DNA of 64,000 nt from the NCBI GenBank assembly GCA_017412055.1, contig JAFQOW010000015.1:77602-141601 (forward strand). Reading direction: 5' to 3'. The notes beneath the pieces are model-generated. The model made no database searches. It worked only from the letters and a program-made list of their open reading frames with translations, and was not told where the DNA came from. The stretch's first letter is position 1. Each line of letters starts with the position of its first letter. The translations under genes and the position numbers were made by a program. This DNA is from Lachnospiraceae bacterium (lineage in GTDB: Bacteria > Bacillota > Clostridia > Lachnospirales > Lachnospiraceae). Positions 33,600 to 43,061 of the stretch are shown here, in pieces.

Positions 33600-36014
33600 A
33601 TGGCAGTAATAAAATGTAAAATGTGTGGTGGTCAACTTAAAATTATTGAAAATTCAAGTGTTTGTGAATGTGAATACTGTGGTACAAAACAGACAATACC
33701 AACAGTAAAGGATGAAAATATACAGTCTTTATTTAATCGTGCCAATCATCTTCGTATGAAGGCAGAGTTTGATAAGGCTTCAGAAATATATGAAAAGATA
33801 ATATCAACTAATGATAAAGAAGCAGAAGCATACTGGGGACTTATATTATGTAAATATGGCATAGAATATGTAGAAGATCCAACAACTTACAAGCGTATTC
33901 CAACTTGTCACAGAGCATCTTATGAAGCTGTCGTTGTAGATGAAGATTATAAATTAGCACTTCAATATGCTGATATGTTTCAGAAGGAAATATATGAAAG
34001 AGAAGCAAAAGCAATTGATGATATTCAAAAAGGTATCGTGCAGATAGCGCAGAAGGAAGAACCTTATGATGTGTTCATATGTTATAAAGAGACTGACGAA
34101 GATGGTAAACGTACACAGGATAGCGTAATAGCTAATGATATTTATTATCAGTTAACACAGGAAGGATATAAGGTATTTTATGCGGCTATAACTCTTGAGG
34201 GCAAGTTAGGACAGGAGTATGAACCATACATATTTTCAGCGCTTAATTCTGCAAAAGTTATGTTGACAATAGGAACAAAAACAGAATATTTTAATGCAGT
34301 GTGGGTAAAAAATGAGTGGAGTCGATTCCTTAAAATATTGAAAAATGATCGTTCTCGTATGCTTATTCCTTGTTATAGAGATATGGATGCATATGATTTA
34401 CCAGAAGAATTTGCACATCTTCAGGCTCAAGATATGAGTAAAATAGGATTTATTAATGATCTTGTAAGGGGAATAAAGAAGATAGTAGGTTTGGAGGAAA
34501 AAGCAGTATCTGAATCACCAGTTGTACAACAGACAGTAGTTGCAATGTCTGGTAATGTAGAAGCGTTGTTAAAAAGAGGAAATTTAGCACTTGAGGATAT
34601 GGAATGGGAAAGAGCAGATGGTTTCTTTGAGGAAGTGCTTAATCACGATGCAGAAAATGCATATGCTTATTTAGGAAAAATGTTGGCAGAGTTGAAGTTG
34701 TCAAGTGCTTCTAAAATATCAACAATTTCACATATTTCATTTACTGAAAATAAGGATTTTATTAAGGCGTTAAGATTTGCTGATGATAAATTGAAAGAAG
34801 AACTAAATGGTTATGTAAAAAAAAGAATGGAGGAAGAAGAAAAGAGAGTATTGAATGAAAAAAGGGTTATGGATGAAATAGAATGGCTTTTGAGTGAAAA
34901 AGAGACAAAAAAAGAAATAGATAGTTTAGTTGCGTGTGGTGATGATTATAGTATAGGCCTGAAAAAAGATGGGACAGTAGTGGCGACAGGAGATAATGAT
35001 AGTAGAAAACGTGAAGTAGAGACATGGCGAGATATAGTAGCGGTTGCGTTTGGTTTTCGTCATAGTATAGGCCTAAAAAAAGATGGGACAGTAGTGGCGA
35101 CAGGAGATAATAAGTATGGTCAATGCAAAATAGAGACATGGCGAGATATAGTAGCGGTTGCGTGTGGTGATGATCATAGTATAGGCCTGAAAAAAGATGG
35201 GACAGTAGTAGCGACAGGAGATAATGGAGAAAGTCAATGCGAAGTAGAGATATGGCGAGATATAGTAGCGGTTGCGTGTGGTGGTTATCATAGTATAGGT
35301 TTAAAAAAAGATGGGACAGTAATGGCAACAGGAGAACATGTGTATGGTCAATGCAAAGTAGAGACATGGCGAGATGTAGTAGCGGTTGCGTGTGGTAATG
35401 CTCATAGTATAGGCCTAAAAAAAGATGGGACAGTAGTGGCAACAGGATATAATTATAATAGTGAATGTGAAGTAGAGACATGGCGAGATATAGCAGCGGT
35501 TGCGTGTGGTCGTAAACATAGTATAGGCCTAAAAAAAAGTGGTACAGTAGTGGCGACAGGAGATAATAAGTATGGTCAATGCAAAATAGAGACATGGCGA
35601 GATATAGTAGCGGTTGCGTGTGGTGATGATCATAGTATAGGCTTAAAAAAAGATGGGACAGTAGTGGCTACAGGAAATAATAAGTATGGTCAATGCAAAG
35701 TAGAGACATGGAAATTATTTGATAATGTTTATAGTTACTTAGAAGAAAAGGATATAGAATGTAAAGCAGAAGAGGAAAAACGTAAAGTAGAAGAGGAAAA
35801 ACGTAAAGCAGAAGAGGAAAAACGTAAAGCAGAAGAGGAAAAACGTAAAGCGGAAGAGGAAAAACGTAAAGCAGAAGAGGAAAAACGTAAAGTAGAAGAG
35901 GAAAAACAAAAATTTGAATGGCGACAATTAGGATGTTGTCAGCATTGTGGTGGCATGCTTAAAGGCTTTTTTATAAAAAAATGTGTATCATGTTGTAGAG
36001 AAAAAGATTATTAA
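33600..36014 (+). CDS. zinc-ribbon + TIR-domain protein fused to an 8-repeat RCC1-like beta-propeller, an E/K-rich single-alpha-helix repeat and a C-terminal zinc ribbon
   Basis: N-terminus CKMCGG...CECEYCG plus EAYWGLIL motif (paralog of 28282). TIR block YDVFICYKETDEDGKRTQDSV...GYKVFYAAITLEGK...SAKVMLTIGTKTEYFNAVWVKNEWSRF at about nt 34065-34410. Eight copies of VACGDDHSIGLKKDGTVVATGDNxxGQCKxETWRDIVA. (EEKRKAEE)x7. CCQHCGG...CVSCC. Confidence 0.8.
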   Translation: MAVIKCKMCGGQLKIIENSSVCECEYCGTKQTIPTVKDENIQSLFNRANHLRMKAEFDKASEIYEKIISTNDKEAEAYWGLILCKYGIEYVEDPTTYKRIPTCHRASYEAVVVDEDYKLALQYADMFQKEIYEREAKAIDDIQKGIVQIAQKEEPYDVFICYKETDEDGKRTQDSVIANDIYYQLTQEGYKVFYAAITLEGKLGQEYEPYIFSALNSAKVMLTIGTKTEYFNAVWVKNEWSRFLKILKNDRSRMLIPCYRDMDAYDLPEEFAHLQAQDMSKIGFINDLVRGIKKIVGLEEKAVSESPVVQQTVVAMSGNVEALLKRGNLALEDMEWERADGFFEEVLNHDAENAYAYLGKMLAELKLSSASKISTISHISFTENKDFIKALRFADDKLKEELNGYVKKRMEEEEKRVLNEKRVMDEIEWLLSEKETKKEIDSLVACGDDYSIGLKKDGTVVATGDNDSRKREVETWRDIVAVAFGFRHSIGLKKDGTVVATGDNKYGQCKIETWRDIVAVACGDDHSIGLKKDGTVVATGDNGESQCEVEIWRDIVAVACGGYHSIGLKKDGTVMATGEHVYGQCKVETWRDVVAVACGNAHSIGLKKDGTVVATGYNYNSECEVETWRDIAAVACGRKHSIGLKKSGTVVATGDNKYGQCKIETWRDIVAVACGDDHSIGLKKDGTVVATGNNKYGQCKVETWKLFDNVYSYLEEKDIECKAEEEKRKVEEEKRKAEEEKRKAEEEKRKAEEEKRKAEEEKRKVEEEKQKFEWRQLGCCQHCGGMLKGFFIKKCVSCCREKDY
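34920..35700 (+). repeat. eight tandem ~153-nt repeats, near-identical at nucleotide level, encoding the RCC1-like blades
   Basis: Repeating ggcctgaaaaaagatgggacagtagtggcgacaggagataat...gagacatggcgagatatagtagcggttgcgtgtggt units. Source of the spurious minus-strand ORF 34867-35595. Confidence 0.9.
35760..35925 (+). repeat. seven tandem 24-nt repeats (gaagaggaaaaacgtaaagcagaa) encoding EEKRKAEE
   Basis: Perfect or near-perfect copies. Source of the spurious minus-strand ORF 35739-35927. Confidence 0.9.
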
Positions 36015-36036
36015 ATTTAGGAAGGGATTTTTACAT

Positions 36037-36972
36037 ATGAGTCAAGTAAAAGAACAAAAGTATCTACAAGTGTTATTGTTAGGGAATGGTATTAATCAAT
36101 TAAATGGCGGTAAGTCATGGAATGAATTTTTGCGAGATATAACCACAAAACAAGAGATTTTAGATGGTATTATCCAGTTGGAAAAACTGCAGTGTCCAGA
36201 ACCATTAAAAGCAATTTTGGTAACAGAAGATCATATTGATGTTGCTATGAAAAATTACTGTAAAAAGATTGCTTTTGAGAAGCAAGCACCACAAATATGT
36301 GAAATATATAAAACTATATTAACTATGGGATTTGACGATATCCTTACTACAAATTACACATATGAATTAGAAGTGGCAGCGGCTACACCAAAAGAAATAA
36401 ATGAATCTAAAGTAAGAGCAATGGCGCGTAATACATTAGGACGCAGGGTTGAGAATAAGTATCTTTTGCATACATATAATTGCTTGAAAGTTCTTGAGTG
36501 TGAAAATAGAGTATGGCATATTCATGGAGAAGCGAGAAAACCAGATAGTACAGTTTTAGGACATTATTACTATGGGAATTTACTTTTTAAAATAAAAAAT
36601 TTTTTGGAAAGAAGAAAATATGCATATATTACAGAAAGTGAATCGTGGATTGATTCGTTCATAATGGGTGATGTTTATATTCTTGGATTTGGATTTGCTT
36701 TTTCTGAAATGGATTTATGGTGGCTTTTAAATCGTAAAGCAAGAGAAAAAAGTGATGTGGGCAAGGTGTATTTTTATGAAGCAAAGCCAGATGGTTTTAA
36801 TGAGAAGCAAGAAATATTACGTATGATGAAATGTGCATCAGATGGAGAACCACTGGTGGAAATCATTGATTGTGGATTTGATGAAAAAGAATTGAAAACA
36901 TTTAATGATAAATATGAAGCTTTTTATAAAGCTGCGATTGAAGATATTTATACTAAAATGAATAAAGGATAG
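36037..36972 (+). CDS. SIR2_2-family (sirtuin-like, predicted NAD+-consuming) protein
   Basis: SIR2_2 motif series LLLGNGINQ (GAG-type Rossmann), DDILTTNYT (TTNYD motif), WHIHGEA (HG motif), YILGFGFAFSEMD (GYS..D motif). Start chosen at MSQVKEQ (36037), 23 nt after the TIR-RCC1 stop. The tracked ORF starts at 35983 inside the upstream gene. Confidence 0.75.
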   Translation: MSQVKEQKYLQVLLLGNGINQLNGGKSWNEFLRDITTKQEILDGIIQLEKLQCPEPLKAILVTEDHIDVAMKNYCKKIAFEKQAPQICEIYKTILTMGFDDILTTNYTYELEVAAATPKEINESKVRAMARNTLGRRVENKYLLHTYNCLKVLECENRVWHIHGEARKPDSTVLGHYYYGNLLFKIKNFLERRKYAYITESESWIDSFIMGDVYILGFGFAFSEMDLWWLLNRKAREKSDVGKVYFYEAKPDGFNEKQEILRMMKCASDGEPLVEIIDCGFDEKELKTFNDKYEAFYKAAIEDIYTKMNKG

Positions 36973-37051
36973 CTATATAGTGTTTTGGAATTAAATGTAT
37001 AAAGTATTAAAAAACACTTTACAAATCCGTTAATCGTGTTAAAATATATAT

Positions 37052-37300
37052 GTGTTTTAAACATAATTTAAAAACTGAAATTAAAACGTTGACGAGGACA
37101 GTAGATTAGCAAAAAGGAATCAAAGAGAGAAGCAGGTGGTGTGATTGCTTCATTCCCGGCTACATTGAAAACCACCTCTGAGTGACTCTAATAAAGTCCG
37201 GTGATTACGTTATAATCATAAGAGTGGTAGCTTTTTTGCTACAATTTGGGTGGAACCGCGATAATATCGTCCCTTGCAGATTTATATCTGTAGGGGATTT
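37052..37300 (+). ncRNA. T-box riboswitch leader (Thr specifier ACC) with terminator/antiterminator
   Basis: Promoter TTTACA-N16-TAAAAT at 37018-37045. AGAGA stem-I start. Specifier-like GAAAACCAC. T-box consensus AATTTGGGTGGAACCGCG at 37243-37260. Terminator CCCTTGCAGATttatATCTGTAGGGGATTTTT. Confidence 0.8.
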
Positions 37301-37378
37301 TTATATTTGTAGAATTACTAAGTTTATCAAACGTAGTAATTCGTATATCATACGGTAGTTAACAGAAAGGAGTTCGTT

Positions 37379-37879
37379 ATGGCTTTTGAACTAGCAAGAA
37401 TATCAAACGATGAACAACTTAATATTTTAGCAGGTGTTGCAAATGAAGTCTGGCATGAATTCTTTCCCTGTATTTTATCTGATGAGCAAATTGACTATAT
37501 GGTTGATAAGTTTCAATCTTACCCTGCCATGAAAAAACAGATGGAAGATGGTTATGAATATTATTTTATAAAGGATAATGATGAAATCTGTGGATATATG
37601 GGTATACATGAAGAAACAGAGGATAATAAAATGTTCCTTAGTAAGCTATATTTAAAGAAGGCACATAGAGGAAAAGGTTATGCTGGTCAAACTCTTAAAG
37701 AACTCTTTAAAATGAGTAGGGAGAGAGGGCTTAATATGGTATGGCTAACGGTTAATAAGCATAATGAACATACTATTGAAGTATACGAGCATATGGGCTT
37801 TGCAAAAGCTCGAACTCAGGTGGCTGATATTGGCAATGGCTTTGTAATGGATGATTACATTATGGAGAAGGTGCTTTAA
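37379..37879 (+). CDS. GNAT-family N-acetyltransferase
   Basis: Acetyl-CoA binding motif region (KAHRGKGYAGQTLKELF). 166 aa. AAAGGAG SD. Confidence 0.85.
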   Translation: MAFELARISNDEQLNILAGVANEVWHEFFPCILSDEQIDYMVDKFQSYPAMKKQMEDGYEYYFIKDNDEICGYMGIHEETEDNKMFLSKLYLKKAHRGKGYAGQTLKELFKMSRERGLNMVWLTVNKHNEHTIEVYEHMGFAKARTQVADIGNGFVMDDYIMEKVL

Positions 37880-37934
37880 AATATATTAAGAAAATAGTAA
37901 ATATCAGATAGGTTTAGAAAGGTTAGGTAACATT

Positions 37935-39893
37935 ATGAAGATTACATTAAAAGACGGTTCAGTAAAAGAATACGCACAGGCAATGTCTGTTATAGATGTT
38001 GCAAATGACATTAGCGAAGGTTTGGGTAGAGCAGCTTGTGCTGGTGAGGTAAATGGAGAAGTTGTAGATTTAAGAACAGTTATAGAAGAGGACTGCAATT
38101 TAAGCATTCTTACATTTAATGATGAGGCAGGTAAGGCTGCATACAGACATACATGTTCACATGTATTGGCAGAGGCTGTTAAGAGACTTTATCCAGAAGC
38201 AAAGCTTGCGATTGGACCATCAATAGACACAGGATTTTATTATGATTTCGAGCATGCTCCATTTTCAAGAGAAGACCTTGATAAAATTGAGGCAGAGATG
38301 AAGAAGGTTATTAAGGAAAATGCTAAAATCGAAAGATTCACAATGCCAAGAGCAGAGGCTATTAAGTTTATGGAGGAGAAGGGCGAGCTATATAAGGTAG
38401 AGCTTATCCGTGATCTTCCAGAGGATGCGGTTATTTCATTCTATAGTCAGGGTGATTTCGTGGACCTTTGTGCAGGACCACACCTTATGAAGACAGGTGC
38501 TATTAAGGCATTTAAGCTTATTTCATCATCTGGTGCATACTGGAGAGGTAAGTCGGAGAATCAGATGCTTGCTAGAATCTACGGTACAGCATTTGCTAAG
38601 AAGGATGAGCTTAATGCATACTTAGAGCATCTTGAGGATATTAAGAAGAGAGACCATAATAAGCTTGGTAGAGAGATGGAAATCTTTACAACAGTAGATG
38701 TAATAGGACAAGGCCTTCCACTTCTTATGCCAAATGGTGTAATTATGCTTCAGGAGCTTCAAAGATGGATTGAGGACGAGGAGACAAAGAGAGGATATGT
38801 TAGAACAAAGACACCTCTTATGGCTAAGTCTGATTTATATAAGATTTCTGGACATTGGGATCACTATAAGGATGGTATGTTCGTTCTTGGTGATGAAGAG
38901 AAGGATGATGAAGTATTTGCCCTTCGTCCTATGACATGTCCATTCCAGTATTATGTATACAAGAATAGTCAGAAGAGCTACAGAGACCTTCCATTGAGAT
39001 ATGGTGAGACATCTACACTTTTCAGAAATGAAGATTCAGGTGAGATGCATGGTCTTACAAGAGTTCGTCAGTTTACAATTTCAGAGGGACACTTAATCGT
39101 TCGCCCAGACCAGATGGTTGAGGAGTTTAAGGGATGTCTCGCACTTGCTAAGTATTGCTTAGAGACACTTGGTGTTCAGAGCGATGTAACATATCATCTT
39201 TCTAAGTGGGACCCAGATAATAGAGCAAAGTATATCGGCGAGCCAGAGGTATGGGAAGAGACAGAGCAGCATATTAGAGATATCTTAAATGAGCTTGAAA
39301 TTCCATTTACAGAGGATGTAGGAGAGGCTGCATTCTATGGACCAAAGGTAGATATCAATGCTAAGAATGTATACGGCAAGGAAGATACAATGATTACAAT
39401 CCAGTGGGATCCATTACTTGCTGAACAGTTTGATATGTACTACATTGACCAGAATGGTGAGAAGGTTAGACCATACATTATCCATAGAACATCTATGGGA
39501 TGTTATGAGAGAACACTTGCTTGGCTTATCGAGCATTACGCAGGACTTTTCCCAACATGGTTATGTCCAGAACAGGTGAGAGTTCTTCCTATTTCGGAGA
39601 AGTATGCTGATTATGCTCACAAGGTAGAAGAAGAGCTTAAAGCAAACGGTATCCGTTGCTCAATGGATAACCGTTCCGAAAAGATTGGTTTCAAGATTAG
39701 AGATGCAAGACTTAAGAGAGTTCCATATATCCTTGTAGTAGGACAGAAGGAAGAGGAAGAAGGAAAGGTATCTGTAAGAAGCCGTTATCTTGGGGATGAA
39801 GGTCAGAAGGAGCTTTCTGTATTCATCGACGAAATCTGCAAGGAGATTCGTACAAAGGAAATCAGAGAGATTAAAGTAGAAGAAAACCAGTAG
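37935..39893 (+). CDS. thrS: threonine--tRNA ligase
   Basis: N-terminal TGS domain, editing domain, class II core (motif 2 FRNEDSGEMHGLTRVRQFT, motif 3) and anticodon-binding domain. Confidence 0.95.
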   Translation: MKITLKDGSVKEYAQAMSVIDVANDISEGLGRAACAGEVNGEVVDLRTVIEEDCNLSILTFNDEAGKAAYRHTCSHVLAEAVKRLYPEAKLAIGPSIDTGFYYDFEHAPFSREDLDKIEAEMKKVIKENAKIERFTMPRAEAIKFMEEKGELYKVELIRDLPEDAVISFYSQGDFVDLCAGPHLMKTGAIKAFKLISSSGAYWRGKSENQMLARIYGTAFAKKDELNAYLEHLEDIKKRDHNKLGREMEIFTTVDVIGQGLPLLMPNGVIMLQELQRWIEDEETKRGYVRTKTPLMAKSDLYKISGHWDHYKDGMFVLGDEEKDDEVFALRPMTCPFQYYVYKNSQKSYRDLPLRYGETSTLFRNEDSGEMHGLTRVRQFTISEGHLIVRPDQMVEEFKGCLALAKYCLETLGVQSDVTYHLSKWDPDNRAKYIGEPEVWEETEQHIRDILNELEIPFTEDVGEAAFYGPKVDINAKNVYGKEDTMITIQWDPLLAEQFDMYYIDQNGEKVRPYIIHRTSMGCYERTLAWLIEHYAGLFPTWLCPEQVRVLPISEKYADYAHKVEEELKANGIRCSMDNRSEKIGFKIRDARLKRVPYILVVGQKEEEEGKVSVRSRYLGDEGQKELSVFIDEICKEIRTKEIREIKVEENQ

Positions 39894-39903
39894 GAGTAAG
39901 TAA

Positions 39904-40860
39904 ATGTTATTAGATAACCTTTTTTTTAGCCTAAATGCTACCATGCCATTATTCTTTGTCATGGTAGTAGGCTGGTTTCTTAAAAATAGAAATTTTATAA
40001 ATGATGAGTTTGTCAAGGTTTCAAATAAGCTTAATTTCAATGTGACATTGCCGTGCTTTTTATTTCTTGATATGAAGAATTGTAATATAAGACAGAATTT
40101 TAATGGTAAGTATGTGTTATATTGCTTTCTAGCTACGTTGACATGTATTTTAGCTACATGGATATATGGGCGAATATTTATAAAGGATAAGTCCGTAATT
40201 GGAGAGTTTGTACAAGGCTCTTATAGAGGAAGTGCAGCGGTGCTTGGCATTGCATTAATCGCTAATGTGGCAGGAGATGTGGGTATGGGACCTATTATGA
40301 TAGTAGGTGCAGTGCCTTTATATAATATATTTGCCGTAATTATACTTGCTGTTGAAAATAGAAATGATGCTGACAGAAATCTTAAGAAATTGATAATGCA
40401 AGCAGTTAAGGGTGTGTGCACAAATCCTATAATTATAAGCTTGTTTGCAGGTTTGTTCTTTTCGTATATAGAAAAAGATTTGCCAGGAGTTGTTAATGAT
40501 ACTATAGGGTGCATAGCAAGGATAACTACACCTTTAGCACTTATTTGTATAGGAGCAAGCTTTAAGGGTACAGCAGCCATAAAAATGTTAGGTCCTACAT
40601 TGACAGCTACACTTATTAAACTTGTCATTCAGCCATTGGTTTTTTTGCCAGTGGCGGCAAAACTTGGATTTGGTGTGGCAGAGATGGCAGCAGTTTTAGT
40701 TATGTTAGGTGCTCCTACTACGCCAAGCTGTTACATAATGGCAAAAAATATGGGACATGAAGGTACGCTTACAGCTAGTATAGTGGCATTGACTACGCTA
40801 TTATCTGCATTTACAGTTACATTTTTCGTGTTTTTTATGAAAAGTGTAGGCTGGATATAA
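39904..40860 (+). CDS. AEC (auxin efflux carrier) family transporter
   Basis: About 10 TM helices. N-terminus MLLDNLFFSLNATMPLFFVMVVGWFL typical of the AEC/malate permease family. Confidence 0.8.
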   Translation: MLLDNLFFSLNATMPLFFVMVVGWFLKNRNFINDEFVKVSNKLNFNVTLPCFLFLDMKNCNIRQNFNGKYVLYCFLATLTCILATWIYGRIFIKDKSVIGEFVQGSYRGSAAVLGIALIANVAGDVGMGPIMIVGAVPLYNIFAVIILAVENRNDADRNLKKLIMQAVKGVCTNPIIISLFAGLFFSYIEKDLPGVVNDTIGCIARITTPLALICIGASFKGTAAIKMLGPTLTATLIKLVIQPLVFLPVAAKLGFGVAEMAAVLVMLGAPTTPSCYIMAKNMGHEGTLTASIVALTTLLSAFTVTFFVFFMKSVGWI

Positions 40861-40905
40861 AAGGGAATATGGGAAAGGTTTTGTTGTAGAAGGTATGGGT
40901 GTGAT

Positions 40906-41910
40906 ATGAAGAAGAAAATACATATTAATTGGAAAGTAATAGCTATTATTATACTGTTTATTTGGGGTATGTATTGTGTGGTAGTAGGCGCAAGCAGATT
41001 CTCTAAATGCGAGAAAGCAGTATCGTTTGATGAATTAGCGTACTCGGACATTGAGGATGGCGCTTATGTGTGCGGATACATTAGTAATTTTGTCATAAGA
41101 AGAGAAATGGTTAATGATACGCCAGTAAAATCAGCTGTTTCTCAAACACTTATAGATTTCAAGGGTGAAAGCGATATATATACGATACCTGTTAAAGAAG
41201 AAAAATATATACAATTGATGGCAAGAAATGATAATACCAAGAAAGAATTGGAAAATATGCTGGAGGATACTTCTGATAAGGCATATTTTGAGGGTATCAT
41301 AGAAAAAAAGAATATTGAGGTAAATGAGGCTTGGTATGGTGCTGTAGATGAACGTGTATACCCAGGGATAAATAATATTATTTCAGGCTATTATATTAGA
41401 GAAATTGATAAAGAGGATTATTGGAATAATATAAGAACTGGCGCTATATTAGTGTTGCTTGCAGTATTATTGTTTATAGATGGAGGTGGATTTGAAAGTC
41501 TTATCGATGAAACAGTAGTACAACCAAAGCTAAGTACTTACAAAACCTTTGAATTTGTTAATGACAAGGATGATGAGCTTGTCAATAGAGAGAATATACT
41601 GAGGCATCTTAAAAGAAGACAGAAGAGAATTAAGAAGAAAAAAACTGGCAGCATTATTATGCTGATTTTGGGTATTGTTAGTATTATTCTATTGCCGAAG
41701 CTAATTCTTGTAGGTATTACCTTGTTATTGTTTGGAGGAAAAGGATGTCTTGAATGGTTTATCAATTCTTCAAATATATATGGAATTAAGCTGGCTAGAA
41801 AGATAGGATATGACTCTTTGTATCTGATGATTGAGCAGTGTAAGAGAGACATAAAAGAATTAGAGGAGCTTGTGTATAATGAGCAGAAAGATCAAGGGAT
41901 TGATTTGTAA
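40906..41910 (+). CDS. hypothetical membrane protein
   Basis: N-terminal TM helix, two TM helices mid-protein, C-terminal basic segment and TM helices. No recognisable domain. Confidence 0.5.
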   Translation: MKKKIHINWKVIAIIILFIWGMYCVVVGASRFSKCEKAVSFDELAYSDIEDGAYVCGYISNFVIRREMVNDTPVKSAVSQTLIDFKGESDIYTIPVKEEKYIQLMARNDNTKKELENMLEDTSDKAYFEGIIEKKNIEVNEAWYGAVDERVYPGINNIISGYYIREIDKEDYWNNIRTGAILVLLAVLLFIDGGGFESLIDETVVQPKLSTYKTFEFVNDKDDELVNRENILRHLKRRQKRIKKKKTGSIIMLILGIVSIILLPKLILVGITLLLFGGKGCLEWFINSSNIYGIKLARKIGYDSLYLMIEQCKRDIKELEELVYNEQKDQGIDL

Positions 41911-41933
41911 TTAAATATATATAGGCAAAATAA

Positions 41934-41975
41934 AAAGCGACGAATAGAAATTAAACTAATTCGTCGCTTTTTTAA
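41934..41975. terminator. bidirectional rho-independent terminator between convergent genes
   Basis: AAAAAGCGACGAATagaaattaaactaATTCGTCGCTTTTTT. Confidence 0.75.
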
Positions 41976-41981
41976 AACCCA

Positions 41982-42866
41982 TTAGGTTTGGTATAACCTT
42001 CTAAATTCACTTGGTGTCATATCATACTTCTTTTTAAATAATCGGTTAAAGTATGATAAGTTATCGAAGCCTGATTCCATGGAAATGGCGATTATGGATG
42101 AAGATGAAGAAATCAATAATCGTGATGCCATAGTCAAGCGATAGTTGTTCAAGTATTCGATAAACGAAACTTCCATATTGTTTTTGAAGAATTTCATAAA
42201 ATGAGACTGGCTGAAATCGCAAAGGTTAGCCATATCTTCGATTGTGATATTGTCTGCATAGTTGTTTTCAACATATTTTACAATCAGCTTCATCTTGTCC
42301 AAGGATTTCTTTTTCTTTGTAGGTGGCTTTTCTTTTGGAAGATTTGTAAATATTACAAAGAACATTTGGAAAAGATAACTCTTAATGGCAAGCTGATAAC
42401 CATGAGGAAATGTTTTGCATATCTCGTCTGCATTATCTATGCAGCGAGCTATATCATGGTAATACTTACATGTTGTCTGATTGAATATTGTTGGGTATTG
42501 GAGAGTTCTCTTTGTTAAAAAACTAAAGTAGTTGTTATAGCAATAATCATTGTGTTTGCTCGCTATAATATCTGCTCCAAATATGATGTTCTCATATTCC
42601 ATAGTCTCTTCATCTTTTTGTTCAATGGAATGGAGTTGACCTGGTACTATGAGGATAATATCACCGGCTTTTACGTTGTGATATTCTAAATCTAGAGAAA
42701 TAACACCCTGTCCCTTTTTAACGTAAATTATTTCGTATTCATTGTGCCAATGAGTTGGGACGATTTTAAAATCAAGAGGAATTGTACATAAATAGGTTAT
42801 GTAAGGAAATTCATCTTCACCATGTGTCTTTTTCTCTTCATAGTTTTCGTATTCAAGTATATTCAT
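41982..42866 (-). CDS. AraC-family transcriptional regulator (cupin sensor + AraC HTH)
   Basis: C-terminal HTH_AraC (ITIEDMANLCDFSQSHFMKFFKN...SIIAISMESGFDNLSYFNRLFKKKYDMTPSEFRR). N-terminal cupin-like domain. Divergent from the alpha-glucosidase gene. Confidence 0.85.
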   Translation of the reverse strand: MNILEYENYEEKKTHGEDEFPYITYLCTIPLDFKIVPTHWHNEYEIIYVKKGQGVISLDLEYHNVKAGDIILIVPGQLHSIEQKDEETMEYENIIFGADIIASKHNDYCYNNYFSFLTKRTLQYPTIFNQTTCKYYHDIARCIDNADEICKTFPHGYQLAIKSYLFQMFFVIFTNLPKEKPPTKKKKSLDKMKLIVKYVENNYADNITIEDMANLCDFSQSHFMKFFKNNMEVSFIEYLNNYRLTMASRLLISSSSSIIAISMESGFDNLSYFNRLFKKKYDMTPSEFRRLYQT

Positions 42867-43061
42867 GTATGCATCCTTTCTTGAAATACCTTATGATAGA
42901 ATTATATCAAATTAAGGCATATTACTAGAAGTATTTACAAAATTACAATAGTATTATATAATAGAAAAAGATATGTGTAAGTATAAAAAAAACCATAATT
43001 ATATCAAATTGGTTAGAAGCATATAAGAAATTTATATTCATATAAGAGTATGGAGGTATAT

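Noticed and set aside
34867-35595. 242-aa minus-strand ORF and 35739-35927 (-) ORF
   Set aside because: Generated by the tandem RCC1 and EEKRKAEE nucleotide repeats of the TIR-RCC1 gene. The repetitive translation mirrors the repeat period.
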